This document shows positions 45,737-55,370 of a stretch of 64,000 nt of DNA, piece after piece. Below the pieces are notes generated by a model. The model did no database searches and had not been told where the DNA came from. It saw only the letters and a list, made by a program, of their open reading frames with translations. The DNA lies in the NCBI GenBank assembly GCA_020057405.1, contig JAGVFW010000004.1:32001-96000 (forward strand), read 5' to 3'. Source of the stretch: an archaeon. GTDB lineage: Archaea > Micrarchaeota > Micrarchaeia > Norongarragalinales > UBA97. Positions within the stretch are counted from its first letter, which is position 1. Each line of letters opens with the position of its first letter. The translations under genes and the position numbers were made by a program.

Positions 45737-46357
45737 ATGCTCGAATTCTTGTCGAACTTCATCAACGCGGTCTACGACGTGCCCGCACTCATCGCGTGGG
45801 GCGGCTACGGCATACTCGCCGCAATCATTTTTGCCGAAACCGGCCTGATGTTCGGATTCTTCCTGCCCGGCGATTCCCTGCTCGTCACCGCAGGGCTTTT
45901 CGCGGCAACCGGGCAGCTTGACTTGTCTTTGCTCATACTCTTCCTCTTCCCCGCTGCGGTGCTTGGCGACGCGCTGGGCTACCTCATTGGAAGCAAGATG
46001 GGCCATGCGCTCTACTCCAGGCCGGACTCGCTCTTTTTCCGCCGCTCGCACCTGCTTAAGGCAAAGGCGTTCTACGAGAAGCACGGAGGCAAGACAATCA
46101 TCATGGCGCGCTTCGTGCCAGTAGTCCGCACTTTCGCGCCAGTTGTCGCGGGTGTGGCGGAAATGCCGTACTCCAAGTTCGCAGTCTACAACATCACAGG
46201 CGCTTTTCTCTGGGTGGCGGGGCTAACCTCCGCGGGATTCTTCCTCGGCCGAGTAATTCCGAACGTAGAGTCGCACTTGAACGTCATCATCGCACTCGTC
46301 ATCATACTCTCTTTCCTGCCTGCAGTCCATGAATGGCACAAAGAACGCAAGAAGTGA
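45737..46357 (+). CDS. DedA family membrane protein
   Basis: FAETGL..GFFLPGDSLL, ARFVP.VRTFAP. Confidence 0.93.
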   Translation: MLEFLSNFINAVYDVPALIAWGGYGILAAIIFAETGLMFGFFLPGDSLLVTAGLFAATGQLDLSLLILFLFPAAVLGDALGYLIGSKMGHALYSRPDSLFFRRSHLLKAKAFYEKHGGKTIIMARFVPVVRTFAPVVAGVAEMPYSKFAVYNITGAFLWVAGLTSAGFFLGRVIPNVESHLNVIIALVIILSFLPAVHEWHKERKK

Positions 46358-46362
46358 ATGAA

Positions 46363-47328
46363 ATGCCCACCTGCACCAAATGCGGCGACCCCGCGGTCAC
46401 GCAGCTCCCTTACAACAAGCAAGACTTGTGCCGCAACTGTTTTTGCGACCAGTTTGAAAAGCGCGTGCGGAAGGCAAACCACGATTTCGAGCTTTTCAGG
46501 CGAGGCGATGTCGTTGCTGTCGGCGTAAGCGGGGGGAAAGACAGCCAAGCGATGCTCTTTGTGCTTGACAAGATGGCCCGCGACTATGCTTTCACGCTTA
46601 GGCCCGTCCTCATCGACGAGGGAATCGAGGGTTACCGCAACGTTGCGGCGAAGAATGCGGAAGCGCTTTGCACTCGCCTCGGCTACGAACTTCACGCAGT
46701 TGCCTTCAAGGACGAGTTCGGAGCCGGAATGGACGAAGTAATGCACAAGCGCGACTCCCTTGCGCTCTCGGTTGAGGGCTTCGAGTCAAGGCCAAGCTGC
46801 ACCTACTGCGGCGTTTTCCGCAAGCAATCACTCAACAAGGCGGCCCTTGACGTTGGCGCGACAAAGCTCGCAATTGGCCACAACGCGGACGACATTGCGC
46901 AGACGTTTTTGATGAACTTATTGCGCAGCGAAACGAGCCGCATCGGCAGGGGCGGGGCGGTCAGCGGGGCAGTTGAGCGCGAGGGCCTGGTGACGCGCGT
47001 AAAGCCGCTTATCTACAACCTGGAAATAGAGTGCGCAATCTACTGCCGGCTACAAAACCTGCCTTTCCACTTGGGCGGCTGCCCGTATGCGGCAGAGGCC
47101 TTCAGGGGACAGGTAAAGGACTTTCTTAACACCGCCGAGGCAGGCAAGCCTGGAGTGAAGTTCAATTTGCTGCGCTCGTTTCTGAAGCTTCGCGAGAAGA
47201 TGGACGGAGACGACGCGGGCGAGCTGGCTTACTGTCGCGAGTGCGGGGCGCCTTGTGGCAGTGACAAGTGCAAGGCGTGCCAGTTCGTGCAAGAGCTTCA
47301 TATTAGCCGAAATGCGACGACGGCTTAG
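46363..47328 (+). CDS. ncsA: tRNA 2-thiolation protein NcsA/TtuA
   Basis: CxxC fingers, SGGKDS, CTYCGVFR, GHNADD, CPY. Confidence 0.92.
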   Translation: MPTCTKCGDPAVTQLPYNKQDLCRNCFCDQFEKRVRKANHDFELFRRGDVVAVGVSGGKDSQAMLFVLDKMARDYAFTLRPVLIDEGIEGYRNVAAKNAEALCTRLGYELHAVAFKDEFGAGMDEVMHKRDSLALSVEGFESRPSCTYCGVFRKQSLNKAALDVGATKLAIGHNADDIAQTFLMNLLRSETSRIGRGGAVSGAVEREGLVTRVKPLIYNLEIECAIYCRLQNLPFHLGGCPYAAEAFRGQVKDFLNTAEAGKPGVKFNLLRSFLKLREKMDGDDAGELAYCRECGAPCGSDKCKACQFVQELHISRNATTA

Positions 47329-47338
47329 TGCGCTTGCC

Positions 47339-47917
47339 TTAGCCGGTAATTCCTGCACGAATTAGTTCTATGCCAACCGCGCCGAGCAGAAGGGCCATGA
47401 CTTTAGAGGCGACTTCGATGGTGTTGCTGCCGATTGCCTTTTGCAGGCGAAGCGAGTTTGTCAGGATTAGCCATGCGATTAAGAGGGCCGCTGCGGCCGC
47501 GGCTGCTGTCGGGAGGAGGCCGAACTGGACGGACAAGACAATGACAGCCGTCATCACGCCGGGACCGGTGAGCATTGGCGTTGCGATGATGACGCTTGCC
47601 ACGTGCGGGTCTGACTGGCCGCCCTTGCGGAACTCAAAGCCAAGCAATGATTCAAGAGCCAAAAGGGCCAGGACGAAGCCGCCGAAGACCTTGAAGCTGG
47701 CAAGAGTCACGCCAAATGCGTCAAGCACTTGCATGCCGAAAAACAGAAAAGCAAAGGCGATGACGGCGGCGACGATGACGGCGTTGTTTGCAGCCGCCTT
47801 TTTGTCGGCGTCGGACATCTTCTTCGTCAGCGACAGGTAGAGGGGAATGCTGGCGAATGGGTCCATGATGGCAAAGAGGATTGCAAAGGCAGATACGAAG
47901 GCAGCAACGAAATCCAT
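47339..47917 (-). CDS. MarC family membrane protein
   Basis: LFAIMDP, ATPMLTGPG. Confidence 0.9.
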   Translation of the reverse strand: MDFVAAFVSAFAILFAIMDPFASIPLYLSLTKKMSDADKKAAANNAVIVAAVIAFAFLFFGMQVLDAFGVTLASFKVFGGFVLALLALESLLGFEFRKGGQSDPHVASVIIATPMLTGPGVMTAVIVLSVQFGLLPTAAAAAAALLIAWLILTNSLRLQKAIGSNTIEVASKVMALLLGAVGIELIRAGITG

Positions 47918-48007
47918 TTCAAAACCCTTGAACCGCACGCTTTTTAAATTCTCTTTGACACTAGCTATATGTTCTGGTTCTATTTCAAGCAATAGGGTGG
48001 AACTTCT

Positions 48008-48712
48008 ATGGGCATTCGACCAGCTAAAACAATAAGGGATTGGAAGGGCCAACCGTGGGCCCGCATGAGCCAGCGCAGGCCCCGCAAGAGCTTTGTCAAG
48101 GGCGCGCCCCACCCGAAAATCCGCCAGTACAACATGGGCACCGACAAGCGCTTTGAGCTTGAAGTCCACATGGTGCCCGACATTCGCCTACAGCTGCGTG
48201 ACAACTCAATCGAAGCAGCGCGCCAGGCGGCAAACAAGTACCTCGAAAAGACGCTCATGGACAACTTCTTCTTCCAAGTCGTCTCCTTCCCGCACCTCGT
48301 AGTCCGAGAGCACACGGCCCTCGGCGTTGCAGGCGCCGACCGCATCTCAAAGGGAATGAAAGCCGCATTCGGCAAGCCCAAGGGCCGCATGGCCCGCGTG
48401 AAAGCAGGCGAACCCGTCTTCCGCGCGCGCGTGATGAAGAAAGACCTTCCCGCACTCAAGGAAGCCCTGCGCCGCTCGATGCGCAAGCTAAGCGGCAACT
48501 ACTCGCTAATCATCCGCGACATTACCGTTGACCCGAAGAACCTCTTGCGCAGCGTGCTCGGCCGCAAGATGAAGAAGAGAGAAGAAGAGAAGCCTGTTGT
48601 CGAAGCCGCGAAGACTGAAGCCGGCGCAGTACCCGCAGAGGGAGCCGCCGCTGGCAAGGAAGTCGCGGCCAAGCCCGTCGAAAAGAAGGGCTCGCCGATG
48701 AAGACACTCTAA
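48008..48712 (+). CDS. rpl10e: 50S ribosomal protein L10e (uL16)
   Basis: IEAAR, REH...AGADRISKGMK.AFGKP. Confidence 0.95.
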   Translation: MGIRPAKTIRDWKGQPWARMSQRRPRKSFVKGAPHPKIRQYNMGTDKRFELEVHMVPDIRLQLRDNSIEAARQAANKYLEKTLMDNFFFQVVSFPHLVVREHTALGVAGADRISKGMKAAFGKPKGRMARVKAGEPVFRARVMKKDLPALKEALRRSMRKLSGNYSLIIRDITVDPKNLLRSVLGRKMKKREEEKPVVEAAKTEAGAVPAEGAAAGKEVAAKPVEKKGSPMKTL

Positions 48713-48799
48713 GGCACTTAGTCTCCAAAAAGCAAGCCGCGTTTGCGGCAGTTTTTTAGTTCCCTAGCCGCCGCGTTGTTTTTTAACCCCCTGCGCGTA

Positions 48800-51157
48800 A
48801 TGTTTCTCGTGGCACAGAAAACAGTTTACTGGTTTGCCGAGATTGACCGCTCGAGTTTAGCCATTGCAGGCGGCAAGGGCGCGAATTTGGGCGAAATGAC
48901 GAAAGCTGGCTTCCCCGTGCCGCCGGGCTTTTGCGTAAGCGCTGACGCCTACTTCCAGTTCATCAAAGAAAACGGCATCGACGAGATTATCCGCACCAAA
49001 CTCGCTGGGCTAAACGTCGAGGACAACAACACACTACAGCCCGCAAGCGTCGCAGTCAAGGACGCGATTCTTGGCGGCCGCATCCCCCAGTCCATCCGCG
49101 ACGAAATCATTTCCGCTTACGAGAAGCTCTGCGATTCGCCCGACACCGACGGCATCCACACGATTGGCAAGGAAGTTCTCGTTGCAGTAAGGAGCAGCGC
49201 GACTGCAGAAGACCTGCCCGAAGCTAGCTTCGCGGGACAGCAGGCGACTTACCTCAACATCAGAGGCGATGCTGGCGTTGTCGACGCCGTTCGACGGTGC
49301 TGGGCGTCGCTCTTTGAAGCGCGCGCGATTTACTACCGCCAGACGAACAACTTCGACCACCTCAAAGTCGGCCTCTCGGCTGTTGTGCAGCGCATGATTG
49401 AGAGCGAGTCAAGCGGAGTGATGTTCACGGCGGATCCTTTTACCGGCGATGTCGGCAAAATAGTGATTGAGGCGGGCTGGGGCCTTGGCGAAGCAATCGT
49501 CAGTGGCATGATAACACCCGACCATTTTGTCGTAAACAAAGCAGACCTTAGCTTGGAAGAAAAGCAGATTCACAAGCAGGACAAGATGATAGTCTTGTCT
49601 GGAGACGGGGACGCCGAGCTTGACGTGCCAGAAGAGCTTGCCGAGCGCCAAAAGCTCTCAGACGAGCACGTCATGGAACTTGCTGCAATAGGCAGGCACA
49701 TCGAAGACCACTATCACGCGCCCCAGGACATTGAGTGGGCCCTTGAGAAAGGAAAACTCTACATCGTGCAAAGCAGGGCGATTACAACTCTAAAGAAAGA
49801 ATCTAACACTAGGGGTGAAACCGCAATGGCAACTAGTCCAACTACTTCAGAAAAGAAAGTGCTGCTACGCGGTGCAGGCGCCTCCCCTGGAATCGCAAGC
49901 GGGCCCGTGCGCATCATTGCCGACGCAAGCGAGCTTGACCGCGTCAAGCAAGGCGATGTCCTGGTTACGCGCATGACTTCCCCCGACTATGTACCGGGCA
50001 TGAAGCGCGCAATTGCAATACTCACTGACGAGGGTGGCGCCACTTGCCACGCGGCAATAGTCAGCCGCGAGCTTGGCGTGCCATGCATTGTTGGAACCGG
50101 CAATGCAACTAAAGTTCTTCATGATGACCAGATTGTCACTGTTGATGCCAAGCGCGGCGTTGCTTATGAAGGAGTTGTTGACTTGGGCGAGGCCGGCAAG
50201 GCTGCGGCAGCCGGTGCGGCCGGACAATCCGGCGGCTTTGGCGGCGGGGCGGTAATCACTGGCACCAGAATTTACGTCAACCTGGCAGAACCCGAGCTTG
50301 CGGAGAAAGTCGCTGCGCACGACGTCGACGGCGTCGGCCTGCTTAGGGCCGAATTCATGATTGCCGGCATCGGCATTCACCCGAAAAAAATGATTAAGGA
50401 AGGCCGGCAGCAGGAGTTCATTGACAAGATTGCCGAAGGACTGCGCCAAGTATGCAGCGCTTTTGACAACCGGCCAGTCATCTACCGCGCAACCGACTTT
50501 AAGACTAATGAGTACCGCAACCTCGAAGGCGGAGCCGAGTTTGAGCCGCACGAAGAAAACCCGATGATTGGCTATCGCGGTTGCCTGCGCTACATTCATG
50601 ACCCCGAAGTATTCAACCTCGAGCTCGAGGCAATTAAGAAAGTGCGCAACGAGTACGGCATGAAGAACATCAACCTCATGATACCCGTAGTGCGCACGAT
50701 TGGCGAGTTCAAGCAAGTAAAGGCGCTCGTCGAGGCCTCAGGGTTAAAGCCCGGCCTTGACTTCAAGCTTGGCATCATGTGCGAAGTGCCGTCGACAGTC
50801 ATTTTGGCCAAGGAATTCTGCACTGCTGGCGCGCAGTTCTTCTCAATCGGGAGCAACGACCTCACGCAACTCACACTCGGCCTCGACCGGGACAATGCGG
50901 TTATTGCGGAAGAGTTTGACGAGCGCGACCCCGCAATTTACAAGAGCCTCGAGAAAGTAATTCGCGAGTGCCACGAGAATGGCGTGACAGTAGGCATTTG
51001 CGGACAAGCTCCTAGTGTCTATCCCGAGTTTGCTGAAAAACTAATTGAATTCGGCATCGACAGCATCAGCGTGAACCCCGACGTCATCGAGGCGACGCGA
51101 AAGCGCGTGGCTTCGGTAGAGATGCGACTGCTTTTGAAGAAGGCCCGCGAAAAGTAG
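48800..51157 (+). CDS. ppsA: Phosphoenolpyruvate synthase
   Basis: GGKGANLGEM, VRSSATAED, TCHAAIVSRELG, SIGSNDLTQ. Confidence 0.96.
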   Translation: MFLVAQKTVYWFAEIDRSSLAIAGGKGANLGEMTKAGFPVPPGFCVSADAYFQFIKENGIDEIIRTKLAGLNVEDNNTLQPASVAVKDAILGGRIPQSIRDEIISAYEKLCDSPDTDGIHTIGKEVLVAVRSSATAEDLPEASFAGQQATYLNIRGDAGVVDAVRRCWASLFEARAIYYRQTNNFDHLKVGLSAVVQRMIESESSGVMFTADPFTGDVGKIVIEAGWGLGEAIVSGMITPDHFVVNKADLSLEEKQIHKQDKMIVLSGDGDAELDVPEELAERQKLSDEHVMELAAIGRHIEDHYHAPQDIEWALEKGKLYIVQSRAITTLKKESNTRGETAMATSPTTSEKKVLLRGAGASPGIASGPVRIIADASELDRVKQGDVLVTRMTSPDYVPGMKRAIAILTDEGGATCHAAIVSRELGVPCIVGTGNATKVLHDDQIVTVDAKRGVAYEGVVDLGEAGKAAAAGAAGQSGGFGGGAVITGTRIYVNLAEPELAEKVAAHDVDGVGLLRAEFMIAGIGIHPKKMIKEGRQQEFIDKIAEGLRQVCSAFDNRPVIYRATDFKTNEYRNLEGGAEFEPHEENPMIGYRGCLRYIHDPEVFNLELEAIKKVRNEYGMKNINLMIPVVRTIGEFKQVKALVEASGLKPGLDFKLGIMCEVPSTVILAKEFCTAGAQFFSIGSNDLTQLTLGLDRDNAVIAEEFDERDPAIYKSLEKVIRECHENGVTVGICGQAPSVYPEFAEKLIEFGIDSISVNPDVIEATRKRVASVEMRLLLKKAREK

Positions 51158-51207
51158 ATTCCGCGTTCAGTCAGGCCCAATATTTTGGGCCTACAAATAT
51201 CGTGCCA

Positions 51208-51930
51208 CTAGCTTTTTCTTACGACTGTGCCGGCGTGCTTCTCACCAAGGATTGCAGCGCGCACTTGCGAAAGATCGCTGCCCTTGATGAAGTGGACGGT
51301 GATGTTGCTTCTTTGTGCTAGCTTGCAGGCGATTAAGTCAAAAACGAAATTAGTGCGCGCGAGCCTGTCGTCGCTCTTTACCGCAAGCTCAACGAGCTGG
51401 GCGTAAGTCATTGAATCGAACTTTTTGGCATTCGGATTCTTGCGCGGGTCTGAGTCGTAGACGCCGTCGACGTGACTAACATTGACGACAGACCTGGCGC
51501 CGATGCGCTCGGCGACGATGACGCTGCAGGCGTCAGTGGTGATGCCCTCGAGGAAACCCCCACCGACTGCGATTTGGCCCGCCTCTAGGGCGGCAGCGGC
51601 TTCGTCGGGAGTAGTGAACGGTTGCGGGCACGCTTTTCCGTTTAGCTCGCGGATGAGGATTGCCGCATTCTCGCGCGTTGCCTTGATGGCCGCGCGGTCG
51701 GAAAAAAATTCACTTCCGGTTTCAGCACGGGCCTTGATTGCGTACTCGCTTGCAAGCCTGCCGCCGCCGACCACGATTACAAGGTTTGGCACCTGCTCTC
51801 GCAGTTCAAGGATCAATTTCTCAAAAGCGCGCATGTACTCGACGTCGATGCCGTCGTCCTTTAGGTAGAGCATGCTTCCCCCAAGCGAGATGACGACGGG
51901 ATTGTTCATACGCAGTTCTTTCTCCGGCAT
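51208..51930 (-). CDS. pyrH: UMP kinase
   Basis: SLGGS, VVGGG, TTD, VDGVY..DP. Confidence 0.93.
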   Translation of the reverse strand: MPEKELRMNNPVVISLGGSMLYLKDDGIDVEYMRAFEKLILELREQVPNLVIVVGGGRLASEYAIKARAETGSEFFSDRAAIKATRENAAILIRELNGKACPQPFTTPDEAAAALEAGQIAVGGGFLEGITTDACSVIVAERIGARSVVNVSHVDGVYDSDPRKNPNAKKFDSMTYAQLVELAVKSDDRLARTNFVFDLIACKLAQRSNITVHFIKGSDLSQVRAAILGEKHAGTVVRKS

Positions 51931-51935
51931 AACGG

Positions 51936-52577
51936 TTAAATGGCTTTTGAGTCGCGCGTGTTTATGATGACATCATTTAGGAGTAGGAAGGCCTTTTGGG
52001 CGTCGTTTAACTTGAAGAGAAGCACTTGGTCGGCGTTGCAGGTGAGCGTTTCCTCTAGGTTGACGCCGGCCGACGCGATTGACGCGAGGAAGTAGACTAC
52101 GACACCAGGGGTGGCCGTCGCTTCCACGGGGCGTTTTATCGTGATTGCAGCCAAGTGATGGCGGATTTCAAGGCCGCTTACAAGGGACGGGTCGGCCTTT
52201 GAAATCGAGCGCTCGTCGACGACCAGGTTAGTCGAGCTTGGCCCCTGTACGATGTGGTGCACGCTTAGGGCCGACGCCAGTTTCTTCCAGTCCGAGCCAG
52301 GCGGCAGGGTAATTACAGCGATGTTGGGACGAAGCTCAATTGAAGACTCGGAGACGACGCGTCTGAGGCGCTTGTCGTGCTCGCCCTCAACCGACGATTC
52401 TGCAAAGCGCTTGATTGCACTGACTACGGCTTCGGTGTTTGAAATGCCAAGGCGGTCGGCGAGGAGGCGGGCAAGGGCGCTGTAATTGACTATGCCGAGC
52501 TTGAGTCCCTCGGCAATGCTGGGGCGCTCCTGCAGCGCTTTTCGAACCTTCTTTGCAACTGAATCAGATTCAGACAT
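51936..52577 (-). CDS. HTH/ACT-domain archaeal protein
   Basis: GIVNYSALAR, TPGV...A..GVNL.E. Confidence 0.8.
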   Translation of the reverse strand: MSESDSVAKKVRKALQERPSIAEGLKLGIVNYSALARLLADRLGISNTEAVVSAIKRFAESSVEGEHDKRLRRVVSESSIELRPNIAVITLPPGSDWKKLASALSVHHIVQGPSSTNLVVDERSISKADPSLVSGLEIRHHLAAITIKRPVEATATPGVVVYFLASIASAGVNLEETLTCNADQVLLFKLNDAQKAFLLLNDVIINTRDSKAI

Positions 52578-52816
52578 AGTAAACGCCCACCATAGATAGG
52601 AGGCAAGCAAACGATTTAAACCCCTGCAAACCGGCCACTTTCTACGCGAAAAGGCCGGAAACGGCCGAAACTTCTTTATAATCGGCAAAGGAAATTAAAA
52701 AGAGGCGGAGAACCAACGCAACCCCAAGGAGGCAATCCGATAATTTGCTTTGCTCTTCTCCCCCTCATCCCGTTTTTGTAACTGGATTAAAAGCCTTCGA
52801 CCACACCTACTCTACT

Positions 52817-53389
52817 ATGAAAGAGTTGCATGCAGTTGAAGAGTCGATTAAGCGCATAGTCGGCGAGTTGTCCGAAAAGGAAAAGCGCCAGGATGAGGTA
52901 TTAAAACTCCAACGCGAAGTCATCCGCGACTGCGCACTAGCGATACGCCATCTCCACACCGGCGACTTGAAGGAAGCCGAAAAGACTACCGCAATAGCGG
53001 AGAAGAAACTAAAGCAAGTGTCGCTAATCGACAAGGGCCTCAAGCACAACTCAGCACAATGCTTCCAGGAGTTCGTCGAAGTCCGCTCGCTCCTCGCGCT
53101 CGTACAGCGAAAGGCAGTGCCGTCGCAAGACGAGCTTGGCGTTGATACTGTCGCTTACCTAAACGGCCTTGCCGACACTTCGGGCGAACTTCGCCGCGCG
53201 ATGCAAATCGCGCTTGGCGACGGGAAGAGGAAGGACGCGCAATACTATTTCGACTGCCTAAGCGAATTGTACGACAACTTGATGCTAGTGAAGTTCAGCT
53301 CCTCGCTCGTCGGCCCGCTAAAGCACAAGCAGGACGTCGTGCGCTCGCAGGTAGAGCAGGCCCGAAGCGAAATGCTTAGGAGCAGTTAA
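52817..53389 (+). CDS. Translin family protein
   Basis: QEFVE, YLNGLAD..GELRR, K.D..R. Confidence 0.88.
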   Translation: MKELHAVEESIKRIVGELSEKEKRQDEVLKLQREVIRDCALAIRHLHTGDLKEAEKTTAIAEKKLKQVSLIDKGLKHNSAQCFQEFVEVRSLLALVQRKAVPSQDELGVDTVAYLNGLADTSGELRRAMQIALGDGKRKDAQYYFDCLSELYDNLMLVKFSSSLVGPLKHKQDVVRSQVEQARSEMLRSS

Positions 53390-53435
53390 TAGAACGTCGA
53401 TGCACTAAACGATTACCGGTAGGCATAGGGAAAAA

Positions 53436-54746
53436 ATGCTAGACATTCGATTCGTGAGAAAAGAGCCAGACTCCATTCGCGCTAGCCTGGCCAAGCGCGG
53501 CGATGCTGCAAAACTCGAGCTATTCGAGAAACTAATCATCGACGACGAGCTCTACCGCAAGAAACTGCAGGAAACCGAGGCTCTGCGCGCCAGACGCAAC
53601 GCGGTTACCAAGCAAGTCGCTGACGCGATGAAGGCCGGCGACAAGAAAAAGGCCGAAGAATTCAAGGCAGAGGCCGCAAACATCCCCGACGCCATCAAGG
53701 CAGCTGAGATGGAAATGCAGGTTATCCAGGAACGCGCCAAGTACGCACTCACTCACTTACCCAACGTCCTGCACGACACCGTACCAGTTGGCGAGGGAGC
53801 GGCAGGCAACATCGTAGTCCGTACCTGGGGCGAGGCGAAAGCCGCGCACGCTAGCCTCAAGCCCCACGGCGAGTTTGCCGAAGAGAACGGCTGGGCCGAC
53901 TTTAATCGCGCGGCAAAGGCAACAGGTGCGGGATTCGTCTACCTCTTGGGCGACTTGACACGACTTGACTTTGCAATGCAGCTCTTTGCCCTCGACTGCC
54001 TTGAGAAGAAAGGGTTCACCCCCGTGCAGGTGCCCCTGCTGCTTGACAAGAAGCCCTACGAGGCAGTCACAGACCTCTCCGACTTCGAAAACGTCATGTA
54101 CAAAATAGACGGCGAGGACAAGTACCTCATTGCGACTAGCGAGCACGCCCTTGGCGCAATGTTTGCTAGCGAGACTTTTGACCCCGACGACCTGCCAGTC
54201 AAGCTTGCAGGCGTCAGCCCGTGCTTCCGCCGCGAGATTGGCTCTCATGGCGTTGACACGCGCGGACTCTTCCGCATGCACCAGTTCAACAAAGTCGAGC
54301 AATTCGTCTTTAGCCGGCCCGACCAGTCGTGGAAAATCCACGAAGAGCTAATCGCAAATGCCGAGGAATTCTTCCAGGCACTCAGACTGCCTTACCGCAT
54401 AGTGAATTTGTGCACTGGCGACATGGGCACGGTCGCCGCGAAGAAGTACGACCTCGAAGTGTGGATGCCGCGGGAGGGCGCGTACCGCGAGGCGGTCAGT
54501 TGCTCTAACTGCACTGACTACCAGGCCGTTGGCCTGGCCGTGCGCTATCGCCTCAAGAAAGGCGGGGAAGAGAAGGAGTACGCGCACACGCTAAACTCAA
54601 CGCAAGTTGCAACTTCACGGGCCATGCGCGCAGTCTTGGAGAATTTCCAAACTGAAGATGGCACAGTTGTAGTGCCTAACTGCCTGCGCAAGTACATGAA
54701 CGACGTCGAATTCCTCCGCCCAGTCAAGAGGCCGGCGACGACGTGA
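53436..54746 (+). CDS. serS: Seryl-tRNA synthetase
   Basis: MLD, LIATSE, FRRE.G...RG..R.HQF.KVE, SCSNC.DYQ, HTLN. Confidence 0.97.
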   Translation: MLDIRFVRKEPDSIRASLAKRGDAAKLELFEKLIIDDELYRKKLQETEALRARRNAVTKQVADAMKAGDKKKAEEFKAEAANIPDAIKAAEMEMQVIQERAKYALTHLPNVLHDTVPVGEGAAGNIVVRTWGEAKAAHASLKPHGEFAEENGWADFNRAAKATGAGFVYLLGDLTRLDFAMQLFALDCLEKKGFTPVQVPLLLDKKPYEAVTDLSDFENVMYKIDGEDKYLIATSEHALGAMFASETFDPDDLPVKLAGVSPCFRREIGSHGVDTRGLFRMHQFNKVEQFVFSRPDQSWKIHEELIANAEEFFQALRLPYRIVNLCTGDMGTVAAKKYDLEVWMPREGAYREAVSCSNCTDYQAVGLAVRYRLKKGGEEKEYAHTLNSTQVATSRAMRAVLENFQTEDGTVVVPNCLRKYMNDVEFLRPVKRPATT

Positions 54747-54750
54747 TAAT

Positions 54751-55365
54751 GTGTTTAACCTATTCCGGCGAAAACCGGTAAAACTATCTATCGGAATAAA
54801 ACATGGCGTGAACCTATTCGATTCACCTAAAGACAATGAAAAGCGTAAGCTAAAACTTATTTCCAAAATCAAAACTCAAATCGACCGCGCCTTTAAAAAC
54901 GGCGCTCGGTCCATAGCAATCGAATTGACGCAATCCGAACTCGAAACCGTGACAGAAAATGGCGTCGATGCTGAAGCTCACGGAAAACTTATGAAAAGCT
55001 GGAACTTTGGCGTAGAGCCCGAAGGACTTCCCTTGGCTCCGTTTCTACAAGCAGCGGTTCACGCCAAAAAGTTAGGCATGAAAATAACGCCAATAGACTC
55101 TGCGCAAAATAAAACGGTTGCCATCCGCATCCTCGGACAAGCACACCCCGAATTGCTGCGCGCATTGGCGGGCTTTCCCGACGCTAAGAAAAATCTTGAG
55201 CAGATAAAGAATGCAGTCGTGAAGATTAGGAAAAAGGTAGATCCGCTGTTTTTGAAAAGAATACAAAATGCAGATTCCGACATCATTTTGTACGGCTCTA
55301 GCCATCAGGATACCCTAAAGTCAGATTTGAAAAACTACAAGCACATTAAGATAGAATTATGGTGA
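54751..55365 (+). CDS. Orphan with TIKI/TraB/ChaN/EreA-like motifs
   Basis: IGIKH, IAIE, AKKLGMKITPID, ILYGSSH; AT-richer DNA. Confidence 0.55.
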   Translation: MFNLFRRKPVKLSIGIKHGVNLFDSPKDNEKRKLKLISKIKTQIDRAFKNGARSIAIELTQSELETVTENGVDAEAHGKLMKSWNFGVEPEGLPLAPFLQAAVHAKKLGMKITPIDSAQNKTVAIRILGQAHPELLRALAGFPDAKKNLEQIKNAVVKIRKKVDPLFLKRIQNADSDIILYGSSHQDTLKSDLKNYKHIKIELW

Positions 55366-55370
55366 ACTGA

